Positions 9,672 to 19,106 of a stretch of 64,000 nucleotides of DNA are shown here, in pieces; the stretch's first letter is position 1, and each line of letters starts with the position of its first letter. Source of the stretch: a virus; the IMG/VR virus record IMGVR_UViG_3300050343_000212; one strand, given 5' to 3'. Made by a program: the position numbers and the translations under genes. The notes under the pieces were generated by a model. It saw only the letters and a list, made by a program, of their open reading frames with translations, was not told the origin of the DNA and searched no databases.

Positions 9672-10618
9672 GAACCAACAACCTCGATGATACGTTGAAT
9701 TTCAGATTCTGTAAACCCCTGGAGCTCCAGTTCTTCTTTTTTCATCTTTGTCATGGAATCCATGGCCATACGACGCTTAAACTGTTTGTCAGCTTCCTTG
9801 GTGTCACCCTTTGACTGAGCCATCATGTCCTTATTATAAGCTTTGTTCTTTTGAGAATCAACCTTTGCCTTATTCATAGGCATATAACCCTCTTTCTTGA
9901 ACTGAGGATGGTCATCAAGTTTCATACCACGTTTCTTCTCAAGACGTGCTTTCTGTTCTGCAGAATTATTACCTCTAATGTTCTTCTTATCAGAAAGAGC
10001 TTTCTTCATTGGCTCTTTCTTATTTCCATCCTTATCAAAATCAAGGTAATCTGGTTTAGCACCTTCACTCATTCTCTTGGCTACGTTGACAGCTCCACGA
10101 GCTACCTTCATAGCTCCTTTCTTGAGCATTGACTTGATACCACTCTTAGCCTTAGCCTTCATCTCAGAACCTTTTCTCTGAGCCTGAGCTGACATGTTCT
10201 TAGTTGTCTGACCAGCTCTTCTAGCCTTCATCTTAGCATTAGCTTTAGCGTCTCTATATGCCCCATATGCTTTGACTGCACCTTTAGCAGCTTTCGACTT
10301 GACCGTGCCAATGGCTGACTTCAAACCTCTCTCCAATCTATCTGTCTTTTTGGCTTTAGTACCAGCGGTATCGTGACCGTAAGTTACTTTAGCTTCTGAA
10401 ATGACTGTGGTGAAGATTGCTTCACACTCTTCTACTGTATAACCTTCGTCCAGAAGTTCACCAAGTGCTTCTTCACAAAGATCCTCAAGTTCTTCATCAT
10501 TGATCCCAGAGAGGTCCATTTCAGCGATCTCGTCTCTTTTCGCTGTTAGTTCTTCTCTAGCTTCGGTACTATGGACAGCGCTGTACGCTTCCATAAAATT
10601 ACGCATAGATGCAGACAT
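9659..10618 (-). CDS. Late hypothetical protein with acidic N-half and Lys/Ala-rich C-half
   Basis: 319-aa ORF; TATAAATA at 10647-10654. Confidence 0.7.
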   Translation of the reverse strand: MSASMRNFMEAYSAVHSTEAREELTAKRDEIAEMDLSGINDEELEDLCEEALGELLDEGYTVEECEAIFTTVISEAKVTYGHDTAGTKAKKTDRLERGLKSAIGTVKSKAAKGAVKAYGAYRDAKANAKMKARRAGQTTKNMSAQAQRKGSEMKAKAKSGIKSMLKKGAMKVARGAVNVAKRMSEGAKPDYLDFDKDGNKKEPMKKALSDKKNIRGNNSAEQKARLEKKRGMKLDDHPQFKKEGYMPMNKAKVDSQKNKAYNKDMMAQSKGDTKEADKQFKRRMAMDSMTKMKKEELELQGFTESEIQRIIEVVGSWEN

Positions 10619-10632
10619 CTTCTTTACAATTA

Positions 10633-10842
10633 CTATTTCCTGTCTTTATTTATAGAGTCGAGATATTCTCTTTCAGTTTGATACAGAGAAGAGGGATTGA
10701 GATAAATCTCAACTCCCTTCATTATTTCTGGTATCAACCACTCATGAATAGGAAGACACGCTTGCCAGTTCACTGGTTGAATACAGTTCATTATCACAAC
10801 AGCCCAAAAGGCGTTTAGATAGTTAATCAGTGTCGTCATCAT
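10633..10842 (-). CDS. Small hypothetical protein
   Basis: ORF track; likely start MMTTLINY at 10842. Confidence 0.55.
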   Translation of the reverse strand: MMTTLINYLNAFWAVVIMNCIQPVNWQACLPIHEWLIPEIMKGVEIYLNPSSLYQTEREYLDSINKDRK

Positions 10843-10955
10843 TAAAGAAGGAACCAAATTGGCCTTTACTTCCCAGTTCCCTACTATCGATCATATCCAT
10901 AATTTCATCAAACTTTTTAGTTTGTTCCATACTCATCAAAATCTCTGATAGTTGT

Positions 10956-11345
10956 TTAACTACCAGTGGTTTCAACATCAAACTCACCACCAGGATATCG
11001 TGCTTTGAGTTTCTCTACATTCATCTCAATCACCTCATCAAAGGTTGTATCAAGTGCCATACATGCCTGAGCAAGATACCAACAGATATCACCCAGTTCA
11101 CGTTTCATATGAAAGACATTCTCTTCATTATAAGGTTTACCTTGCAAGAAGATCTTTTTTACAACTTCAGTAAACTCACCTGCTTCTGCAGATAATCCAA
11201 GAGCAGCAGTTAGAAGTTGTGAGACGTTTGCATCATTTACTTCAAGTTCACTAAGACGTGCAGCAAGAATAGGCCAGTCAAGACTTGGTTCACTAGTAAC
11301 TCCTTTTACAAATTCAAGGTACTTTTCGGTATCAACTTTAGTCAT
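10956..11345 (-). CDS. mazG: MazG-like nucleoside triphosphate pyrophosphohydrolase, C-terminal tail replaced at a junction (~10975)
   Basis: GLSAEAGEFTEVVKK, ELGDICWY, NVEKLKARYPGGEFDV; own ATG at 11345. Confidence 0.9.
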   Translation of the reverse strand: MTKVDTEKYLEFVKGVTSEPSLDWPILAARLSELEVNDANVSQLLTAALGLSAEAGEFTEVVKKIFLQGKPYNEENVFHMKRELGDICWYLAQACMALDTTFDEVIEMNVEKLKARYPGGEFDVETTGS

Positions 11346-11654
11346 GAAAATCAGGGATAAATGGTTCTTGGACAATTTGGAGGGATTGTTGGTAGGAAGT
11401 TTTTGTCCTTCTACTTCAATATATTCTACCTCTTCCCAACTACCACCAACACCACCGTCCATATTGACGACGATATCTTTAGTTGGAAGTTTGGGTCTTT
11501 CTAAAAGTTTGACCTCAACGGTTTCATAGATTGGTTTGAATTGGTAATAGTGTCCATCACCTCTTGTTCCAATAAGATTAACGGCATCTTTAATAGAACC
11601 ACAATCAGCAATCTTTTTACCAGTTGGATCAAATACAGAGTAGTATCCGTTCAA
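11346..11654 (-). CDS. Hypothetical protein, appears fused in frame to mazG (probably an indel error)
   Basis: First ~100 aa of ORF 10956-11654; start overlaps the gp41 stop. Confidence 0.55.
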
Positions 11655-12635
11655 AACTTAAACCCCTCAAATGATTTCTTTGGTTTTGCTCATCGTTATT
11701 ATACTCTTCATCCTTACCACTGTCAAGAATATCATCTTGTGCAGACTGTTCACAATCATACAAACGCATCTTTGCACGATCAATACCAACACAAATCTTT
11801 TAGAGATAGTTGGATCATTATATCTATTCTTCAATTGCTTCACCAGTAATTTGTCCTAGTCCTTCGAGGTCTTCAGTAGAAATAAGGGCAAACATAAGAT
11901 CAGCAGTAGCAGGGAGACCAAAGGACTCAGAAGTGTCAGTAAGCTCAACATCAGAGCTACCATAACCAGAACGAGTGGTCTGCGTGGCAGAAACGATAGG
12001 GACGTTTGCTTCACAAGCCAGTCCTCTAAGTTCTTCAGCAATTGCTTTGACAACTGTATATGAATTGACATTGCTACCAGCGCGATATCTTGCGGAAGCA
12101 CATATATTAAGGTAATCAATGAAAATAATATCAGGTCTAAATGATTTCTTAAGTGCAAGTTCATTAAGAAGTGCCTAAAGTGTCCACTATGTGCTGATGC
12201 AGTTGGATATTCTTTAATTATAAGAGAACCTTGAGTTTTCTGCGATAGTTTTGTTACCTTTTCCTCAAACATTGTTTAGGTAGATCTGTTATCTCCTGAA
12301 TAGGTACATTGAGTAGGTTAGCATCAATTCGCTCCGCAATTTTCTCTTCAGCCATTTCAAGCGTGATGTATAATACGTTTTTCCCTCCCAGGAGTGCGGA
12401 AGCTGCCACATGACACATAAACAAACTTTTGCCGACACCAGTGCCAGCGAGAGCAATGTTAAGTGTTTTATTCGGGAGACCACCCTTCGTAATCTTGTTG
12501 AAATACTCCAGGTCGAACGGGATTCTTGTCTTCTTCACGGTGGTATGATTCATATCTTTCTTCATAATCAAGTAAGTAGTCATGTCCTACATGAGCATCA
12601 AAAGAAACTGCCAGAGCTTCTGATAGAATACTAGA
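11651..12635 (-). pseudogene. gp41: Replicative helicase gp41 with N-terminal domain missing and several frameshifts
   Basis: Walker A LAGTGVGKS, ITLEMAEEKIAERID, IIKEYPT, VSATQTTR (manual), KQLKNRYND; begins abruptly at SILSEALAVSFD. Confidence 0.9.
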
Positions 12636-13629
12636 ACTGAACTCCTCCTTTGCAATTGCATCTAGTTTCTCCATCACCTCTGGTGTGAAGTATGCTTCTG
12701 GGTCTTTGTAGATTGCTTTGGCATAGACTTTCTTACCGTCTATCTCATAACGACCTGCAACATTTTTCCAGAGACCTCCCAGTTCACCCAGTTCAAGAAG
12801 ACCATAATATCGATCAAGACCACGCTCATCGTAATAGAGACGTATGGTAACATCTTTGTTCTCCTTACTTAGACGCGACTTTGCTGTCTTAGCTTTAATA
12901 AGATTTCCAATGACTTCTGTTCCATCCTTTTCTTTCTTTTTGCTGAGATAAATGATTGTAGACGCTGCATATTTGAGACCGCTGCCTCCGCCCATTTCTT
13001 TGGTGGGAACGTATGATCCGATGACATCATAGGTATGATTGGTGACGATTAATGGAATTTTTGCTTGACCAAGTTTGAGTGTAAGCATACGGAATGCTCC
13101 CTTGACAAGTTGAGATTTGGTCATGTCCCGAACTTGCTTATCATCTAGTGCATCACGAATCTCCTTCTCTGTGGAAAGCATACCAAGAGAGTCTAACACA
13201 AACATGCAGGGTCTGCGTTCTTCTTCAGATTTTTTTAAGTATATGTCTACTGCCTTCAGTGCCTTGGTTCTAAACTCTTCAATGGTGACAACATTGACCA
13301 CCACCAAGTCGATCCATGTCTACCCCACGACTTGCGATAAGACCCTTGTTAACAGCGGCTTCAGTGTCAAAATATAGACAATAACCATCAGGATTAGAAT
13401 CAAGGAAATTCTTGACGACTGCCAAACTAAAGAAAGTTTTTCCAGTAGAAGACTCCCCAGCAATGGCAGTAATCTTATTCCCAGATACGCCACCAAATAT
13501 ACTACCTGAACAAAGTCCGTTAAAGATGTACGAACCTGTGTCCACGAAAGTTTCTGTGTCGTCGATGTCTCTTGCGAGTTTGGTATAGTCATCTCCAATC
13601 TCTTTTACAATCTCTTTTAAAAAATCCAT
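12635..13629 (-). CDS. uvsX: RecA-like recombinase UvsX (frameshift ~13300; last codons lost at the gp41 junction)
   Basis: AGESSTGKT, FDTEAA, LDSLGML, VTNHTY, MGGGSGLKY. Confidence 0.93.
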
Positions 13630-13798
13630 TAAATAACAATTCCAAATTCTTCACGGGCAATTTTTTGTAAGGACCACCAGGATTAGCATCACGGATATCC
13701 TTAATCCTTTTCAGTTTCTGATAAAGGGCAGCATCTCCCCCGAGACGCATAGCACTAATAATAGTACCAAGTTCTTTGTCGTTAATAGGTAGTTCCAT
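13629..13798 (-). CDS. Small hypothetical protein (frameshifted)
   Basis: MELPINDKELGTIISAMRLGGDAALYQKL; TAATG overlaps at both ends. Confidence 0.55.
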
Positions 13799-14838
13799 TA
13801 GGAGAAAAATAATTCCAGGTTTACAGTTTTTTCGACATTCCAACCAATCGCATCAAGAATTGCTTTCAGTGGTTCGACAAAGGACTTCTCAAATTGTAAG
13901 TCATAGTCGATGTACTTGTCAAGGTTAAGTTCTTTAGGGAACTCTTGAATGAATGAGATGATATTCTCATGAATAATATTTGGTTTCTTTAGATAACAAA
14001 ATTTAATCTTTTCACCATTTTTGATTAAGAATACTTGGACTCAAGTTTGTTCTTCTTGATATAATGATTAAAAAGACAATGCTCCACGACAATGAATAGG
14101 AGTTCCCTTAGAATAAATGTCAGAAGAAGATTTATACTTTACAACATCAGATACAGATCGAGGGAATGATATCTGTTCGGGTGGTAGTTTTTTAAACTCT
14201 TCACGACACTTATCAATGAATGAAATCACATCATCTTCAGTGCCAGTCATCATCAATTTGAAAGCATCCTTAATCATCTTCCTACAAGGAGCAGGTGTAG
14301 ATGATTTAACTGCTTCAATACCCATCATCTTTAGTTTAGGTTCTTCATATCGAACACCCTCACTATCCCACACATTAAGAATGTATCTTTTCTTCGCAGT
14401 CCAGATGCCACGATCAGCAATATTCTCACGCTTCATTTGCATTTTCTGGTCATATGCCGATACATACGTCGCCAGGTTCTGGTAGCATTTATCGATGTAC
14501 GGTTCCAGTTTGTCACGACAGACCATATCAAGTAACTCCACAACTTTTGCTTTGTCGCTAGACTTATTAGCAAAAAATTTATCAACAAGAGGTCCAAGAT
14601 TAAGATAAATTGAATCTGTGTCAGATGCAATTACGTAGTCCTCGTCGGTTGTAGACAACAGTTTATTTAGATACTGGTTCATCTTACTCTCAATCCAACG
14701 GATAGAGACTTGACCAGAAAGCGTAATCGCCTCCGCATTGGCCAGTTTATAGTACCTAAAATACTGATTACCGATAGCACCATAAGCAGAGTTGAGTGAG
14801 ATCTTCTTAGCCATCTGGATATTGTTGCACTTCTCCAA
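13798..14838 (-). CDS. gp43: Family B DNA polymerase gp43, C-terminal part (second fingers helix, palm, thumb); frameshift ~14070; start uncertain
   Basis: QMAKKISLNSAYG (region III), SDTDS (region I), KKRY, MGIEAVKSSTP; ends ...LELFFS*. Confidence 0.93.
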
Positions 14839-15754
14839 TAATCCATGATCTCATACCATATGGTCTATCGGCAATAATAGTCTGAGTATGTTCTACCACA
14901 TCTTGTGGTACAACTAAACAGAATCCAATACCTAGATTGAATACATTTCTCATTTCTTCCTCATCAATGTCTCCTGCCTGTTGGATCTTATTGAAGAGTT
15001 CTGGTCTCTCCCAAGAAGAGTAATCAACATCAACTGTAAGACCTGATGGAAGACACCTAGGAAGGTTCTCAGGGATACCACCTCCAGTGATATGTGCCAT
15101 ACCTAGGATAGGAACCTCATCCAATAGGTGCTGGATTAGACGAGCATAGATGGTAGTTGGTCTCAACAACTCAGGCATCTCTTTATATTTAATGTAATTT
15201 CTCCACAACATATCATTGATGAGTGTGTATCCATTACTATGAAGTCCATTACTCTCAATACCAATGACTACATCACCCGCTTGGATGTTTCTACCATCAA
15301 CAATATCATTCTTCTCTACAATACCAGTACAGAAGCCAGCAACATCATAATCATTTTGTCTGAAATGTTCTGCAGTTTCTCCACCTATTAGTTCCATCCC
15401 CGCTATTGTACAACCAACATTAATCCCATATACAATGTCGCTGACATTAGCATCAAGTGTTTTGGTAGAGACATAATCTAAAAAATATAATGGTTTAGCA
15501 CCGGAACATATAACGTCATTAACGCACATAGCAACAAGATCCTGACCAATAGTGGTGTAATCATGAGCAATCCTACAGATATTCATTTTAGTTCCGACAC
15601 CATCAGCTCCAGATACCAACACGGGTTTCTCATATCCTGATGGGATCTCCATCATTCCACTAAATCCACCGTCAATCTTAGGTGCCAGTACCTTAATGTA
15701 TTCAACAAAAGATCTACCCTTAATAATATCAACTCCAGAAGTTTTGTAGTCCAT
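14807..15754 (-). CDS. purM: Phosphoribosylaminoimidazole (AIR) synthetase
   Basis: MDYKTSGVDI, SGADGVGTK, DLVAMCVND, IGGETAEH, GLHSNGY, AHITGGG, FNLGIG. Confidence 0.96.
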   Translation of the reverse strand: MDYKTSGVDIIKGRSFVEYIKVLAPKIDGGFSGMMEIPSGYEKPVLVSGADGVGTKMNICRIAHDYTTIGQDLVAMCVNDVICSGAKPLYFLDYVSTKTLDANVSDIVYGINVGCTIAGMELIGGETAEHFRQNDYDVAGFCTGIVEKNDIVDGRNIQAGDVVIGIESNGLHSNGYTLINDMLWRNYIKYKEMPELLRPTTIYARLIQHLLDEVPILGMAHITGGGIPENLPRCLPSGLTVDVDYSSWERPELFNKIQQAGDIDEEEMRNVFNLGIGFCLVVPQDVVEHTQTIIADRPYGMRSWIIGEVQQYPDG

Positions 15755-17216
15755 CAGATTCCCCTCCGTTTCATTTCAGCTTCAATGTCAACTAATTTCT
15801 GTTTTGACTTCAACATCTTACCCTTGAAGACCTTACGATCAGCATACATCTTCTCCATCAATTCAGGCAAGAAACCCTTGGTATCTTTACGGAACATAGC
15901 TCCATTAGCACAGACAGCATAGTCGCTATAAAGTTCAAAGTTAAGTTTCTCACCTAGGATCTTGTCCACTGTGACACTAGGATGTTTTTCACTCATGAGT
16001 GTTTCGGGAGAGATATTATACTGCATCATCAGGTGAGGATACAGAGAGTTCAAGTCAAAGGATACCACATATTCATAAACACCTGGTTTAGGTTCTTTAA
16101 CATAAGCCCCAGCAAACTTATCACTCTTCTCAGATGTATTCCTAGGTGGAATGACAATATTTCTCTTCTTGAGATAGTTGTAGATAATCGTATCCCACAT
16201 ACGGACTTGAGCCATAGGATCAATGAAGTTCACCTTTGCATCAAATGCCATGGTGATGACCAACTCAATCAGTTTCATTTTGTCTTCCAAACGGTCAACA
16301 AGTTCCACGTCTTTGATGTTGTAATCAATGAACTTCTTCCAGTTTCCCCTATAGAAATCCTTAAAAGTATCAAACTCACTGTGGTCTAGTTTCTTCTGTC
16401 CTAGTTCAACCTCAGCAATAAAGTCCAATCTATAGGACTCACGATTCACATAAGTAAATTTCTTATAGAGTTCCAGGTAGTCAAGTGTAGTAACACCAGA
16501 AATCGAATAGACATTATATTCACGACCAGAGATACCAATCACCTGATGATCTACCATCTTCCAGGGTGAAAGTTGTTTCATTTTCTTATCACCCATGATT
16601 CGTGACATACGACCACAGAGATATGGAATATCATATAGACGAACATTCCAACCAGTGATCACATCAGGAGTATTCTGTTCCCACCAATACAAAAAAGATT
16701 CAAGCATAGCAATCTCATCACTATGATAATGATAAGTCACATTATTCTGTGAGGGGGTATATGGATGACGACCCCAGGTAGTAATCTGTTTAGTAGTATA
16801 ATCTTGAATTGAGATAGATAACATCTCCTCAGAACATGAATCAGGACTAGGGAATCCCATCTTCAGACTGTACCTCAATATCCATGGTGACCAGTCCAAT
16901 CTTGTTTCAGATCAAACTTGATCTCCTGCTCAGGATACTTATCAGAAATATATTGATACTGATATCTCTCATTCCCATAAACCTTAAATCCCTCTACACC
17001 ATCATACTTTTTGATGAAGTCTCTGCAGTCTCTTACCAATCCAGGTTTGATGGGTTCAACATGTTCACCCTCAAGTGTACGGTACTTGGTCTCTCTCTTA
17101 GATTTTACAAAAAGAGTGGGAGAATACTTCTCTTGGAACATCACTTTTTGCCCATCCTCATATCCACGGACGAGAAAATTGTTTCCGATCATCTGGACGT
17201 TGGTATAAAACCTCAC
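15754..17216 (-). CDS. gp43: Family B DNA polymerase gp43, N-terminal part (N-domain, 3'-5' exonuclease, region II); frameshift ~16890
   Basis: MRFYTNV, DIE, ITGWNVRLYD, YNIKDV, SFDLNSLYP; own stop after ...EAEMKRRGI, TGATG-coupled to purM. Confidence 0.95.
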
Positions 17217-17485
17217 TTCAATAGATCCTCATACTTTGTTTTCAATTTACTATTGGGTACAACAATGGTCAAAACTTTATCAGAACTGATCATAAAATCA
17301 TTTTGAATTGTCAGGTTCATTAACCATGGAGATAATTCTTCTCCATTAACAATAAAAGGTTCAATCAACTTACAATCTGGTTCTCCCAGTTCTGATGGTT
17401 TCTCCTCAATCTGACTGATCAGAATCTGATTGTTCACTAGTACCAGAATCCTGATGTTGTTCAATACCGGCAATTCCTCGCTCAT
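17213..17485 (-). CDS. Hypothetical protein (Sm-like fold suspected)
   Basis: ORF track; ATGA overlap with the gp43 start. Confidence 0.7.
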   Translation of the reverse strand: MSEELPVLNNIRILVLVNNQILISQIEEKPSELGEPDCKLIEPFIVNGEELSPWLMNLTIQNDFMISSDKVLTIVVPNSKLKTKYEDLLK

Positions 17486-17759
17486 AAGTCTCCTTTAATT
17501 CGTCAATTGGTTCAGTAATAGTTATAACCCAATCAGCTACTACAGAAATAGTTTCCTCTTTACTGAGTGGCATCCAAGGTGTCAATCTCATTTTGAATGG
17601 TTCCTTTGCAGGTCCAGACCGATCAGCCTGATTACCCATCAACTTGACCACACAAGGATACTTGAGAAAGTATCCAACTACCTGATCGTGAGCAACCATT
17701 TCGGTCATGTCGGCAATTACATCTTCACCAGACTTCAATAAACAAAGTTTGATAGTCAT
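17406..17759 (-). CDS. Hypothetical protein (Sm-like fold suspected)
   Basis: MTIKLCLLKSGEDVIAD...PWMPLS, same pattern as 19103-19393. Confidence 0.75.
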   Translation of the reverse strand: MTIKLCLLKSGEDVIADMTEMVAHDQVVGYFLKYPCVVKLMGNQADRSGPAKEPFKMRLTPWMPLSKEETISVVADWVITITEPIDELKETYERGIAGIEQHQDSGTSEQSDSDQSD

Positions 17760-17781
17760 TTATATAAAATTTCCTCTAGTC

Positions 17782-17810
17782 ATTTTACTGCATAAAAAAG
17801 GGGGTGTCAA
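17782..17810 (-). promoter_or_regulatory. Sigma70-like promoter upstream of the gp43 operon
   Basis: TTGACA-17nt-TAAAAT. Confidence 0.8.
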
Positions 17811-17827
17811 CTGGATTGTGCCAGTTC

Positions 17828-17890
17828 CGTAGCTCCTTTAAAAGCGAGTTTGTGTTTTGTGGACCCCGAAGGCATCCATACTTATTTATA
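17828..17890 (-). promoter_or_regulatory. Orphan late leader (late promoter, UUCG hairpin, strong SD) with no CDS behind it
   Basis: TATAAATA, GGATGCC-TTCG-GGGTCC, AAAGGAG, then no start codon at SD distance. Confidence 0.65.
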
Positions 17891-17899
17891 ACACAAAAC

Positions 17900-17933
17900 A
17901 AAAAAAGAGGAACGGTGATAACCGAACCTCTTT
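17900..17933 (-). terminator. Intrinsic terminator downstream of regA
   Basis: AAAGAGG..CGGT-TATC-ACCG..CCTCTTT plus T-run. Confidence 0.75.
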
Positions 17934-17979
17934 ATATGGTGTTCCGACTTTCGTAGAGACCGCACGAAAGGTCTCAGTC

Positions 17980-18421
17980 TTATTTAGATTCTTCTTCTTG
18001 AGGTTTAGTCTTCTTACCAATATTATACTTCTGCTCCAAATCCAATCGTTTTTGTCACGATATGGAAAACTTTGATTTGATTCAGTGGAGCAATATCTGA
18101 ATACTATCTTCATTTACAACTGAGATAAGTCCCCAGTCAGCAAGAAGACGAGTAATACGATTCCTACGCTGAACATCATTAACAGTAAGGTTAGCGTATT
18201 TACCATCAAGGGCAAACAACTCCTTAAAGTGCACGATGTAGTATTTACCCTGCTTATGCAAAATATGACAAGATTGATAAAGTTTCTTTTCTTTTCTTGA
18301 AGCAACTCCAATTCTTGTTAGGGTTTCTCTTACTTTAAGGAAATCATCAGGTTCATTTAAGAAGACCTCAATCATTTTATCTTGAGACCAGGAAACCTGT
18401 AGGTTCATCTGTTTGTGTCAT
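17980..18421 (-). CDS. regA: Translational repressor RegA (frameshifts near both ends)
   Basis: FLKVRETLTRIGVAS, LYQSCHILHKQGKYYIVHFKELFALDG. Confidence 0.96.
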
Positions 18422-18806
18422 TTTTTGCCACCAATGTCAAGTCGTTGTTTAATGTAGTTGAATTGTTCAGTTTGATAAAATTTTCAGAGCTTGAGATGCT
18501 TTCTCATTACTATAACCATAGTATTGTTTAACAATGTCTAAATCTGATACTTTATCCTTCCGGATCCAAGGAGAAAATCTCTTTCTCTTTCTCAGAGATA
18601 TTTAGATAAAATTTATATTGCATATCTTTATCTAAAAAATGATACCTATTCATTTCATTGGCATAAAGAACAGTATCAAGATGACCTGACAGACATTTGT
18701 TAATAATAAAGGGGGGATATGACTTGATGACATGTTCATCATCTTCAGTAAGATCATTCTTATTGAAGTTAATAGAGTTCAGCCAATCCTTCAGTTCAGG
18801 TTCCAT
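18418..18806 (-). CDS. gp62: Clamp loader small subunit gp62 (frameshifts)
   Basis: LKDWLNSIN, YPPFIINKCLS; manual continuation DLDIVKQYYGYSNEKA; ATGA overlap with regA. Confidence 0.9.
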
Positions 18807-19106
18807 TAATTAAAGAAAATTTGAAAGTGCAATGGGTCGTATGGAACTCCATGATACCATTTTTTGCCATGATGTCCTCTTCCAGGTCCATTGTGTGAAT
18901 GTTTATGACAATGACTATATCCATATCTATCGTGATAATGACAATGTCTATGGGTCACACCGTGAAAATGATGGCGATGACCAACTCGTCGAGTTGCAAC
19001 TCGTGGTCGATGAGCCCTTGGTGGATCATGAATTGATACTTTATGAGCAAAAAGCTGGAGTAGTTAGGAAAATACTACCGGCCAGTACTAAAAATAATTT
19101 CTTCAT
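18806..19106 (-). CDS. His-rich small protein with signal peptide (hidden by a +1 T in a homopolymer at ~19050; absent from ORF track)
   Basis: Removing one T gives 99 aa, MKKLFLVLAGSIFLTTPAFA-HKVSIH...; start overlaps the upstream stop (ATGA) and stop overlaps the gp62 start (TAATG). Confidence 0.75.

Noticed and set aside
10956-11654. 232-aa hypothetical-MazG fusion
   Set aside because: MazG has its own ATG at 11345; a single indel would explain the read-through.
12468-13307. Apparent UvsX-helicase fusion protein
   Set aside because: The junction removes the uvsX end and the gp41 N-terminal domain and then goes out of frame; it fits the deletion pattern seen throughout the window.
14807-15754. 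Intron, intein or ribosomal bypass explanation for the gp43 interruption
   Set aside because: purM fills the whole gap with overlaps at both ends, leaving no room for group I/II structure; there are no intein terminal residues; ~950 nt is far beyond known bypassing.
17946-17979. Hammerhead ribozyme or classical H-type pseudoknot after regA
   Set aside because: There is no CUGAnGA core, and the loop lengths are too short for a full pseudoknot; kept only as a bistable hairpin.
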